From the IMG/VR virus record IMGVR_UViG_2541047847_000005: a DNA stretch of 38,375 bases, one strand, 5' to 3'. Below, piece after piece: positions 7,557-15,511 of the stretch (position 1 is the stretch's first letter; each line of letters begins with the position of its first letter). The position numbers and the translations under genes are program-made. Source of the stretch: a virus. Taxonomy: Duplodnaviria > Heunggongvirae > Uroviricota > Caudoviricetes. The notes below the pieces were generated by a model. The model searched no databases, was not told where the DNA came from, and saw nothing but the letters and a program-made list of their open reading frames with translations.

Positions 7557-9326
7557 TCAGTTGCCGTTAACAATGCTGATAACACTGCTGCTGGCCGGTG
7601 TGGTCAGCGTGGCCATGACTTCATCCAGTGCGGCTTCCGGTACGCCGTCCGGGTACTGTGCCGTTAACTGGCGGTAATGTTCCGGCGTCCAGGTAAGGCC
7701 GTCGGCGCTGAACTTATCGCGCAGGGCTTTCGCGGCCTCCACATGAGTCATGGGACGTTGTTCAGTGCGCGGCCCGCGTACGTCAGAGGCCTGACCACGC
7801 TTCGGCATATAGGCCGGAAGTGTGGTGTCGTCGATATGTTTATACGGGTCAAGCCGCCCGCCGAACGGCAGCGCCTTCGCCTTGCGTGCGGCGGCTGCAT
7901 CTGCGGCGTTGTCTGTACCGGTAACCAGCGCTTCAGTTTCTTTTGCCGCCATCTGTGCCGGGGTTTCCGGCAGGGCTTTGTAACTTTCGCCAAATACCGC
8001 CGCGCCTTCAGCAAAGCCAAACTCGTTCTTTCTGACCTCTTCGACCAGGAAGAACGTCTCGTGGCCGTCCTCACCGGTCAGAACCACCTGTGCCACATCG
8101 CTGCGCCATGGGTTACGGGTAATCATCAGTTTTTCACCAACCAGTACGCCCGGTACCGTTGATACGTCAAATTCAGTGCCCCGGAACGAGACACGAAGTT
8201 TTGGCGTGACTTTGCGGAGTTCTGGTGCCGCCACAGCCAGTTCACGACATACCTCAACGGAAGGCGCTTTTTTCAGCTGCTCAGCAGTAATCTTCAGCCA
8301 GATATCCGTGCGGGTTTTACCGTGGCGGCTGTGAACAGCCGTGGCGTTAAAGTGGCTGCGCCATTTCGCGGCCAGCGCGTTGAGTTCTTCCAGACTGTGA
8401 ACCGGCCGGAACTTCAGACCCGGCTCCAGCTTGCGTTCGATAATGTCCCGCGCCTTTTCCACCTGTCCGGTGGCGCGGGCGTTATGCGGCTTGTGCGCTA
8501 TCAGGTCAATGCCCAGTGAGCGGCACATGTTTTTCGTCATACCCGCGGTGTTTGCCGAGCCGGGGTCGAGATAGAGTATTTTTGGCACGCCGTGCAGCAC
8601 GTCTGCGCCGCCACGCTCCTGCATGGCGTTGATAAGCACAGAACACAGGTTCTCACCGGATTCCGCACCCGTCACATACTCAACGTAAATCCAGCCGCTG
8701 GCATGGTCGGTAATCTCATAACTCCACACGCGGTCACTGGCGATACGGGCAAGGTTAGCGGGCTTGTTCTTGTAGAATTTCGCGCTGTCCATCACCTGCA
8801 GCCCTTTGTGTCCATTGCTCAGGTAGTAAAGCGTGCAGAGCGAGGCATCAATCTGCCAGACGTGATTGGGATGCAGACTGGCCACTTCGGTATGCGGCGC
8901 AGGGGCATCCAGTTGTTCCGGGTGCAGGCCATAGTTACGCAGGGCACGGCTGATGGCATCTTCGGACAACGGGAAAAACTCACCGGTGGTTTCATCTGTT
9001 CTGCCTGCGGAGATAAAGCCGTTAGCCCGCAGGGTTTCCACTGCATCTGCGATGGAATAGAGACGCTTACCGTTCTTGCGGGTGGCCTCACGCAGTGTGG
9101 CAGATATCAGCGCGGCTTCGTCGCGGGTCAGGGCGCTGCGCCCGGCATCGGCGCGTTTTTTGCGTTTATCAGTCACAGAGACCTCCTTCAGCCTGCGCAG
9201 CAGAGTGGCGCGGGACATGCCAAGTTCAGCACAGGCAGCGTCGTATATTGCACCGCGTTTACCATGCCCCGCGTCACGTGCCGCGCGGGCGACATAAACC
9301 AGTCGTTCAGTCAGGGCAGCATTCAT
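7557..9326 (-). CDS. DDE transposase (Mu A-like, integrase-core fold)
   Basis: 589 aa; N-terminal HTH region; candidate DDE residues in WQIDAS, LYLDPGSAN and GQVEKARDIIE; GGAGG upstream. Confidence 0.85.
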   Translation of the reverse strand: MNAALTERLVYVARAARDAGHGKRGAIYDAACAELGMSRATLLRRLKEVSVTDKRKKRADAGRSALTRDEAALISATLREATRKNGKRLYSIADAVETLRANGFISAGRTDETTGEFFPLSEDAISRALRNYGLHPEQLDAPAPHTEVASLHPNHVWQIDASLCTLYYLSNGHKGLQVMDSAKFYKNKPANLARIASDRVWSYEITDHASGWIYVEYVTGAESGENLCSVLINAMQERGGADVLHGVPKILYLDPGSANTAGMTKNMCRSLGIDLIAHKPHNARATGQVEKARDIIERKLEPGLKFRPVHSLEELNALAAKWRSHFNATAVHSRHGKTRTDIWLKITAEQLKKAPSVEVCRELAVAAPELRKVTPKLRVSFRGTEFDVSTVPGVLVGEKLMITRNPWRSDVAQVVLTGEDGHETFFLVEEVRKNEFGFAEGAAVFGESYKALPETPAQMAAKETEALVTGTDNAADAAAARKAKALPFGGRLDPYKHIDDTTLPAYMPKRGQASDVRGPRTEQRPMTHVEAAKALRDKFSADGLTWTPEHYRQLTAQYPDGVPEAALDEVMATLTTPASSSVISIVNGN

Positions 9327-9329
9327 TGG

Positions 9330-10241
9330 TTATGCCTCCAGCCCGTTAATCTGTGGCGTCGGCTCAGTCAGCCATGAAGGCGCGGCATTGCCTGTTGGCT
9401 CATCCGGCAGGTCAAATGTGGAGCGCAGGCTACGCGCTGTGCTTTCCAGTTGACAGACCAGGCCTGCCATGAAGTCTCTGGGGGTATCAATCATGTTTTC
9501 AGCACAATATGCGCACAGCGTCTCAAAAGCGCTGGACAGTCGAACGGCGATGGCAGATTCCGCCTCAACCGCTAACGCGGTCACTTCTGCCCGCAGTTTC
9601 TTCACCTCTTCATCAGGCTCAGGTGGCTGAATACGGGATTTCTTCTCCAGTCTGGTGGAGAGTGAGTCTATTTTTTCATTTTTGTCGGCGAGTACGCGCT
9701 GTTGTGCTGCGTTGGTTTCGCGCGCTTCGCGCAGGGCCTGACGCAATTCACGTACTGACATGCGATCAACATCGTCAAGCGTCAGTCCGGCAACTGTGCC
9801 ACCGTCGGCCAGTTCAGCAAGGTCGTCGTCATCTTCAGCAACAAGTTCAAATAATTTTGCCTTACCTAAAAGCGACAACGTTGTCGCTTTTGGCTCTAGT
9901 TTTGGTGAAAGGTATTTCAAAGATGCTTTCATCATTCGTTGTGCTGCGCGCACATGCAGACCAAGTTGTTCTTCTACAATTCCAACAAAGTCCCCGTGAG
10001 GTTCATTTTCTTTGAGAATAATAAGTCGTTTACCTGCTTCCAGCATGGCCTCAGCGCTCTGTGCCATATAAAACCGAGCCTCATGAACTATGCGATCACG
10101 CTCATAGGGCTGACCATCGCCAAACTGCTGCATGATCTCCATACGATGCTGTGTCATGGCGTTCAGACTGACATTGAGATCATCCGACAGCGGTACCTCG
10201 GCGTTCAGTTCAGTGTTAATCGGTGATTTGGTGCGTCCCAT
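9330..10241 (-). CDS. hypothetical early protein (303 aa), acidic and coiled-coil rich
   Basis: AAGGAG 6 nt upstream of ATG at 10241; lies between the regulators and the transposase. Confidence 0.5.
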   Translation of the reverse strand: MGRTKSPINTELNAEVPLSDDLNVSLNAMTQHRMEIMQQFGDGQPYERDRIVHEARFYMAQSAEAMLEAGKRLIILKENEPHGDFVGIVEEQLGLHVRAAQRMMKASLKYLSPKLEPKATTLSLLGKAKLFELVAEDDDDLAELADGGTVAGLTLDDVDRMSVRELRQALREARETNAAQQRVLADKNEKIDSLSTRLEKKSRIQPPEPDEEVKKLRAEVTALAVEAESAIAVRLSSAFETLCAYCAENMIDTPRDFMAGLVCQLESTARSLRSTFDLPDEPTGNAAPSWLTEPTPQINGLEA

Positions 10242-10251
10242 TTATTACTCC

Positions 10252-10560
10252 TTACAAACGACTACCTGAAATGACACGTTGGTTGATTTCGTTAATGCGA
10301 TCCTGTGCACGTGCCATCTCGTTACTGTGGGCCATAGCGATCTGCAGTAACTGGATGCCCGGCGCGAAACGCCCGTTTTCCAGTTTCAGGGCCAACCCTT
10401 CTTCAATGAGGGTGTTGAGTGCCCGGTTGATGTTTGCCGGTGACTCGTGCAGTGCTGCCGCCAGTTCACCGTTGGAAATACCGTTCAGGGCATGACCGCG
10501 CAGCGCTTTGAGTACCCGGAGGATGCGACTGCCGGAGCTTGAAACATTCGTCTTACTCAT
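10252..10560 (-). CDS. winged-helix DNA-binding protein (putative early regulator)
   Basis: ORF 10252..10566, preferred start ATG at 10560; segment ILRVLKAL...ISNGELAAALHESPANINRALNTLIEEGLA looks like a wHTH. Confidence 0.45.
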   Translation of the reverse strand: MSKTNVSSSGSRILRVLKALRGHALNGISNGELAAALHESPANINRALNTLIEEGLALKLENGRFAPGIQLLQIAMAHSNEMARAQDRINEINQRVISGSRL

Positions 10561-10612
10561 CTGCATACCTCTTTTGCGATATGTGATAACCTTTTACAAA
10601 GACTCAAAATCT

Positions 10613-10801
10613 TCAGGCTGCCTGAGCTGTTGATTTCAGCCCCAACTTCACGGCGATTTCATGGGATTTACCGTAACGGGCTTTGGTCTGCCCATTGAGA
10701 ACGCGGTATACCTCATTGCGGTTGTAGCCGTTTTCTTCTGCCCAGCGGGTGAAAGTGATCCCGCGCTGGCGGAAGAGAGCTTTGACTTGTTCTGCAGTCA
10801 T
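10613..10801 (-). CDS. ner: Ner-like DNA-binding protein (Ner/Nlp family), first gene of early operon
   Basis: 62 aa; pattern ALFRQRGITFTRWAEENGY...LNGQ...G..IA..LG resembles Mu Ner / E. coli Nlp; AGGAG 6 nt upstream of ATG at 10801. Confidence 0.7.
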   Translation of the reverse strand: MTAEQVKALFRQRGITFTRWAEENGYNRNEVYRVLNGQTKARYGKSHEIAVKLGLKSTAQAA

Positions 10802-10901
10802 CGTTGTCTCCTTTGTTGATGCAATGATGTTTGCCTTATGTGTGATAGATTATGGTGCAGATTACCTCACCAGTCAACTTAAAGAGTGCAGAAAAACTCA
10901 C
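10802..10901. promoter_or_regulatory. divergent promoter/operator region between ner-like and repressor genes
   Basis: 100-bp AT-rich gap between divergent regulator genes; contains three GTGCAGA / TGCAATGA-like repeats. Confidence 0.4.
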
Positions 10902-11240
10902 ATGATCGGGTTACGTATTAAAGAAGAAAGAGAGCGTCTATCTCTTACACAGCAAGGGTTGGCTGATGCTATAGGTGTGGCAAAGAGAACTTTCATTGAT
11001 TGGGAAAAAGATCGCACTTCTCCTACTGCAGTGCAGTTATCTGCACTATCAGAAATCGGTGTAGATATTTTGTATGTAGTTACTGGGGTGCGGAGTCAGC
11101 CTGTTGTTGCACCTTATGTGTCACAAGAAAAGAAAGAGTTAATGGATGCATTCGACGAAATGAGCCCCGAACAACGGAGGGCAATTCTTGAGGTCGGCAA
11201 AGTCTTCATTCAACCCAAACCAAGCAAACTCGCAGGCTGA
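10902..11240 (+). CDS. XRE-family HTH repressor (prophage immunity repressor)
   Basis: ORF 10749..11240, preferred start ATG at 10902; N-terminal LRIKEERERLSLTQQGLADAIGVAKRTFIDWEKDRTSP is a Cro/C1-type HTH; no LexA-like peptidase domain; low GC. Confidence 0.7.
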   Translation: MIGLRIKEERERLSLTQQGLADAIGVAKRTFIDWEKDRTSPTAVQLSALSEIGVDILYVVTGVRSQPVVAPYVSQEKKELMDAFDEMSPEQRRAILEVGKVFIQPKPSKLAG

Positions 11241-11326
11241 TTTTGACCTGGACACAAAGGACAGGTGGTTGATCTGGATGCTTTCAGAAAACATCGCCAG
11301 TGACATAGTGGAAGTTGTTTGGTTTA

Positions 11327-11357
11327 CCGGAAAGCATTGTGCTTTCCGGTTTTGTTT
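11327..11357 (+). terminator. rho-independent terminator downstream of repressor gene
   Basis: perfect 10-bp stem CCGGAAAGCA / TGCTTTCCGG with 3-nt loop followed by TTTTGTTT; abuts the stop codon of the convergent methyltransferase gene. Confidence 0.6.
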
Positions 11358-12121
11358 CAGAAGTTGCAGATTACCAGTTCACGGCGCGGCGTGGATTTCC
11401 CCGCCAGACTGTAGTTGATGTTCACTGTCTGTATGTTCAGTCCAGTGAACACCTCGCGCATCTGTGGGATATCGTTCACCGAAATTATCATTTTTCCTCT
11501 GATGCACCGGGCCAGCTCTGCCAGCCGCGAGTAGTTCCCTTCAGGAAAATCCACACCATAGCCTTCCGTACCCAGGTACGGTGGGTCGCAGTAGAACAGT
11601 GTGTGCGGACGATCATAACGCTCAATGCACTGTTGCCAGTCCATGTGTTCTATGACTGTTCTGGAAAGCCGCAGGTGTGCTGCTGACAGTTCTTCTTCAA
11701 TACGCAGCAGGTTGAAGCGTGGCGGGGATGTGGTGGAGGTACCGAAGCTGTGCTCTGCCACCTTGCCGCCAAACGCCTGCTTCTGAAGGTAGTAGAACCG
11801 TGCCGCACGCTGGATATCCGTCAGTGTTTCTTCCGGGGTGATCTGCAGCCATTTGTAGATCTGACGGCTGACCAGCGCCCATTTGAACTGGCGGACAAAT
11901 TCTTCCAGGTGATGCTTTACCACCCGGTACAGATTCACCAGTTCACCGTTGATATCATTGATGACTTCGATCTTGCCGGGTGTCTTAAGAAAATAGAGCG
12001 CTGCTGCCCCACAAAACGGCTCCACATAACATTCATGCGCCGGAAACAGCGGCAGGATGTGTTTTGCCAGGCGACGTTTGCCACCAATCCATGGAACGAT
12101 GGGTAATGTCTTCATTTTCAT
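11357..12121 (-). CDS. orphan Dam-class (D12) N6-adenine DNA methyltransferase
   Basis: 254 aa; motif I FCGAAALYF and motif IV DPPY; no adjacent restriction endonuclease gene. Confidence 0.85.
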   Translation of the reverse strand: MKMKTLPIVPWIGGKRRLAKHILPLFPAHECYVEPFCGAAALYFLKTPGKIEVINDINGELVNLYRVVKHHLEEFVRQFKWALVSRQIYKWLQITPEETLTDIQRAARFYYLQKQAFGGKVAEHSFGTSTTSPPRFNLLRIEEELSAAHLRLSRTVIEHMDWQQCIERYDRPHTLFYCDPPYLGTEGYGVDFPEGNYSRLAELARCIRGKMIISVNDIPQMREVFTGLNIQTVNINYSLAGKSTPRRELVICNF

Positions 12122-12312
12122 AATCTGTAAGCCTTTTACAATTATTAAAAATATGGCAGGCTAGTCTGGTCTCGCGAGACTGACTGAACCTCGGTCGGCT
12201 CACAGCCACTTCTGTGGGACGATGGCCAGCCCGGTGGGTCCGAAGCACCGGGCTGGTCGTTCTTTCATGATGCGGCAGGGATAGTGGGATTTCTGTTAAT
12301 GTGGTTTAGGGA

Positions 12313-12528
12313 TTATCCGGGGCGATTTTCTGACCTTATCCGGTCCAGGGCATAAGTAATACCTTCTGCAAAAACAGAAGTATCAAACTGCTTTTGTATT
12401 CCCTGAAAATGAAAAGCGGCACGACAGACACTCAGTTCTCCGCGATGTAACCGGATAATATCTTCCAGAACATTGTTCACTGCTTCAGCACGGCGCTGAT
12501 GTTCTGTTAACGTTAATCGGGGATTCAT
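12313..12528 (-). CDS. hypothetical small protein (71 aa)
   Basis: ATG at 12528 with AAGGAG 6 nt upstream; about 190 bp upstream of the methyltransferase gene. Confidence 0.5.
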   Translation of the reverse strand: MNPRLTLTEHQRRAEAVNNVLEDIIRLHRGELSVCRAAFHFQGIQKQFDTSVFAEGITYALDRIRSENRPG

Positions 12529-12529
12529 G

Positions 12530-12931
12530 ATGCACTCCTTAAATGATGATTTTTATGCACTCACCGGCAAAATATTCTGCCGATTACTGAACACGCATCC
12601 GGCACCTCAGGTTTTGATTTATTCTGGTTTTTTCGATATCCCGGACCAGGTTGATCACGACCAGAAAAAGTGCCGGTATTTTATTGATACGCTGATATGG
12701 CTTCGGGATAACAGCTATATTCGTTACTCTCAGTTGCTGGCTGTGGGAGCGGCTGATGTCGTCCTCACGGAAAAAACGCTCCGTCTGCTCAATGCCACGC
12801 CGACCCTTCTGCAGCCCCGGCCCGCACCATTTAAAGAGTCACTTCTGGATGCAGTAAAAACCGGTGAAAATGCAGTCATCGCTGAATGCGTATCCCGGAT
12901 TATGCGTTACGTGTTTAATGAACGTAAGTGA
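12530..12931 (+). CDS. hypothetical protein (about 133 aa)
   Basis: ORF 12527..12931; about 400 bp open on plus strand with no competing ORF; ATG at 12530 has GGGGA 6 nt upstream; start overlaps the start of the divergent 71-aa gene. Confidence 0.4.
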   Translation: MHSLNDDFYALTGKIFCRLLNTHPAPQVLIYSGFFDIPDQVDHDQKKCRYFIDTLIWLRDNSYIRYSQLLAVGAADVVLTEKTLRLLNATPTLLQPRPAPFKESLLDAVKTGENAVIAECVSRIMRYVFNERK

Positions 12932-13650
12932 GGTTTATCCGCTGTCTGCATAATCCCGATAGCCAGTGCGAGGGGAAGTAATTCCGGGGAAACTCTTTCA
13001 AACAGCGACTCCCATTCTCCTCTCGCCATCACTCTGTCCAGCCCGCCCCCCAGTTGCATTTCAGCAATCTTCCTGATTTCCCGGAACAACGCCGCTTTGA
13101 TCTCTTCGTGCTCAGCTTTATTTTCCGGTGTCAGAATGTATTCGTCGAAGAACCGGGGAGGCTGGTTAACGGGGAGCGTGTTCACCGGGATGTGTTCCTG
13201 TTTCCCGTACTTCGGGGCAGAAAAACATTCTGTTGGCTGACCGGTGAGTTTACGTAGCTCCTTCATGAGCAGCTCCTGATCGTAAACTGTCATCAGTGCC
13301 GCAATGGTGGCATGCAGTGCATCGGGCAGTATCCAGGGTTGCCGGCCCGTGGGGCATATAACATCCAGCAGCTCATTCGTCCGACAGATACGCTCCTCGC
13401 CGTATGACAACAGGCCCTGTCCCGTGTATTCCTCTAGCCTGATCACTGTGCCACCCCGTGGCTTCTGCCAGGTCGTCAGATCTTCGCCATTCATACGGCG
13501 CTCATTCTCCACGTCAGCAGCATCGACAATGACGCTGTTTCCGAGTTCCTGTTTCACCATCTCTTCTATCCGCGCCAGTACGTAACTTTTACCGCTGCCC
13601 ACAGGACCGGACACAGTGACAGTGATGACCGGATTCAGTGTGTGCGTCAT
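12907..13650 (-). CDS. P-loop NTPase/kinase-like protein of unknown function
   Basis: 247 aa; Walker A GPVGSGKS at residues 15-22; GAGGAG 8 nt upstream of ATG; not a recognisable Mu core gene. Confidence 0.6.
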   Translation of the reverse strand: MTHTLNPVITVTVSGPVGSGKSYVLARIEEMVKQELGNSVIVDAADVENERRMNGEDLTTWQKPRGGTVIRLEEYTGQGLLSYGEERICRTNELLDVICPTGRQPWILPDALHATIAALMTVYDQELLMKELRKLTGQPTECFSAPKYGKQEHIPVNTLPVNQPPRFFDEYILTPENKAEHEEIKAALFREIRKIAEMQLGGGLDRVMARGEWESLFERVSPELLPLALAIGIMQTADKPHLRSLNT

Positions 13651-13780
13651 ATCGTATTCTCCTCTGTGAATAATTCATCGTTTATCCTGCACATCCCGTA
13701 TCCCCGGCTCTCTTAACGCGCTTTAAAATCCTTCGCGCCCTGTATTTGTGATGCTGTCTCCACCAGACAAGGAGACACAC

Positions 13781-14131
13781 ATGAAAAACCTGAAAAAATT
13801 CATTCCCCCTGTTAAAAAACCTCGCCTCAGCGGCTGGCTGCTGACCTCAGTGCTGTTGCTGGGCACCATCGCTCTGGTCTCGCCACAGCAGTTGCCTGTT
13901 GTGATCTACAAGCTGGCACTCATCACGCTGGCAGCAGTGCTGGGTTACTGGCTTGACCGTTCGCTCTTCCCCAAAGCCCGTCCCGGTCAGTACCTGAAAC
14001 ATGACGACAGGCTGATGGCTGAAGGGCGTTTCCCGGTACAGACCGGCCTTCACCTGGTGTTTTCTGCTGCGTTAATCCGCCGTGCACTGATTGTTGCAGC
14101 GGTCTGTCTGGCTGTTGCGATGGGGCTTTAA
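13781..14131 (+). CDS. holin-like membrane protein (first gene of lysis cassette)
   Basis: ORF 13748..14131, preferred start ATG at 13781 with GGAGA 5 nt upstream; about 3 hydrophobic segments; immediately precedes the endolysin gene. Confidence 0.5.
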   Translation: MKNLKKFIPPVKKPRLSGWLLTSVLLLGTIALVSPQQLPVVIYKLALITLAAVLGYWLDRSLFPKARPGQYLKHDDRLMAEGRFPVQTGLHLVFSAALIRRALIVAAVCLAVAMGL

Positions 14132-14133
14132 TC

Positions 14134-14871
14134 ATGAACTGGCCGCAGATCACCTGGATTGTATGCATGTCCCTGAAACTGGCTTTCGAAGCCTTTAGGG
14201 TCTTCATCAGAACCGAACGCCTGTCAGTCCGCGCCGGGACCTTTCTGGTTCATATGGCACGGGTATTCTTTGTCGCAATGTTGCTCTGGTGTGGCGGCTT
14301 CTTCAGTCAGGCCCGCGCAGCGCAGCCTCCGCAGGCAGCGCTGCAGTATCGCGATGATGTGATCCGTAATGCCCGGCTTGAATGGGGACTGTCTGCGCCG
14401 GTGGCTGATTTCGCTGCGCAACTGCATCAGGAAAGCGGCTGGCGACCTGATGCGATCTCGCCGGTTGGCGCTCAGGGACTGGCGCAGTTCATGCCCGCCA
14501 CCGCCGACTGGATAAGTCAGTTGATGCCGGGGCTTAACAGCCGTGAGCCATTTAATCCGGCATGGGCCATCCGGGCGCTGGTCAGCTATGACCGCTGGCT
14601 GTGGCAGCGCGTCAGCGCCGCCAGTGACTGCGAGCGTATGGCCATGACACTGTCGGGCTATAACGGTGGTCTGGGCTGGGTACAGCGGGACAGGCGGCTT
14701 GCATCACAAAAAGGGCTGGACAGCACCCGCTGGTTTGGTCATGTCGCCACGGTGAATGCCGGACGCAGCACTGCCAGCTGGCGGGAGAACCGTCATTATC
14801 CCCAGCGCATCCTGTTCACGCTGGCCCCGCGTTATCTCTCATGGGGAGGGGCAAGCTGTGTGGGTACGTAA
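14134..14871 (+). CDS. endolysin, lytic transglycosylase (SLT domain) with N-terminal signal or SAR sequence
   Basis: motif HQESGWRPDAISPVGAQGLAQFMP typical of SLT catalytic region; hydrophobic MARVFFVAMLLWCGGFFSQA near N-terminus; alternative start ATG at 14254. Confidence 0.8.
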   Translation: MNWPQITWIVCMSLKLAFEAFRVFIRTERLSVRAGTFLVHMARVFFVAMLLWCGGFFSQARAAQPPQAALQYRDDVIRNARLEWGLSAPVADFAAQLHQESGWRPDAISPVGAQGLAQFMPATADWISQLMPGLNSREPFNPAWAIRALVSYDRWLWQRVSAASDCERMAMTLSGYNGGLGWVQRDRRLASQKGLDSTRWFGHVATVNAGRSTASWRENRHYPQRILFTLAPRYLSWGGASCVGT

Positions 14872-15511
14872 GTTACGGTCGCTGCCGTGGCGGGTCATTA
14901 TGCTGGCCATTCTCCTGAACACCTTCCTGCTGGCGATCTGGTGGCTGGGATACAGCACAGGCCACGACCGGGCCTCCGCTGACGGTCAGGCGGCGCTCAG
15001 CCGCCTGCAGGCGGATTTTGACGGATACCGGGCAGAACAGGCCCGGCGTGAGGTGGCGGCGTTGCGCGCATGGTCTGAGCGTTATCAGGAGCAGGTAGCC
15101 GCCGGGCAACGGGCTGAAGCTGGTTATCTTGAGCAGATTGCTCAACTGGAGGACCAGAACAAACAACTACAGGGGCAAATTAACGATGTCACACAGCGCT
15201 GGATTGATGAAAAAGGTAAGAGCCATCCCATTGAGTGCGTGTTTACTCGCGGTTTCGTGCGCCAGTACAACGCCGCACTCGGATACGACAACGCATCCGT
15301 CGACACCGGTCATTCAGACTCAGTTGCCGCCGCTGGCACCGGCACTGGCGCAGCGACCGGGCAACCTGAAACCGCTGACGCCCGGTTACGCAATTCGGGT
15401 GTCTCCCAGCTTGACGTCCTTGCCAACATCATCGACAACGCAGGGCAATGTCGTCGCTGGCGAAACCAGATAAACGCGCTACTGGATGAACGGGAAGGAT
15501 TACAGAAATGA
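14858..15511 (+). CDS. i-spanin (Rz-like)
   Basis: ORF 14756..15511, preferred GTG start at 14858 with GGGGAGGG upstream; N-terminal TM segment then coiled-coil-like periplasmic domain. Confidence 0.6.
   Translation: MWVRKLRSLPWRVIMLAILLNTFLLAIWWLGYSTGHDRASADGQAALSRLQADFDGYRAEQARREVAALRAWSERYQEQVAAGQRAEAGYLEQIAQLEDQNKQLQGQINDVTQRWIDEKGKSHPIECVFTRGFVRQYNAALGYDNASVDTGHSDSVAAAGTGTGAATGQPETADARLRNSGVSQLDVLANIIDNAGQCRRWRNQINALLDEREGLQK
15207..15473 (+). CDS. o-spanin (Rz1-like lipoprotein) embedded in i-spanin gene
   Basis: ORF 15129..15473 in the +1 frame inside the i-spanin gene; from ATG at 15207 gives MKKVRAIPLSACLLAVSC lipoprotein signal followed by a Pro/Thr-rich mature part. Confidence 0.55.
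   Translation: MKKVRAIPLSACLLAVSCASTTPHSDTTTHPSTPVIQTQLPPLAPALAQRPGNLKPLTPGYAIRVSPSLTSLPTSSTTQGNVVAGETR

Noticed and set aside
8592-9377. 261-aa plus-strand ORF
   Set aside because: Antisense to the DDE transposase gene.
11357-12121. Interpreting the methyltransferase as a Mom-type DNA modification enzyme
   Set aside because: The protein has Dam-class motifs (FCGAAALYF, DPPY) characteristic of N6-adenine methyltransferases, not the Mom fold.
14134-14253. Treating the first 40 codons of the endolysin ORF as a separate feature
   Set aside because: Cannot decide between the 14134 and 14254 starts from sequence alone; kept as one CDS with the alternative noted.
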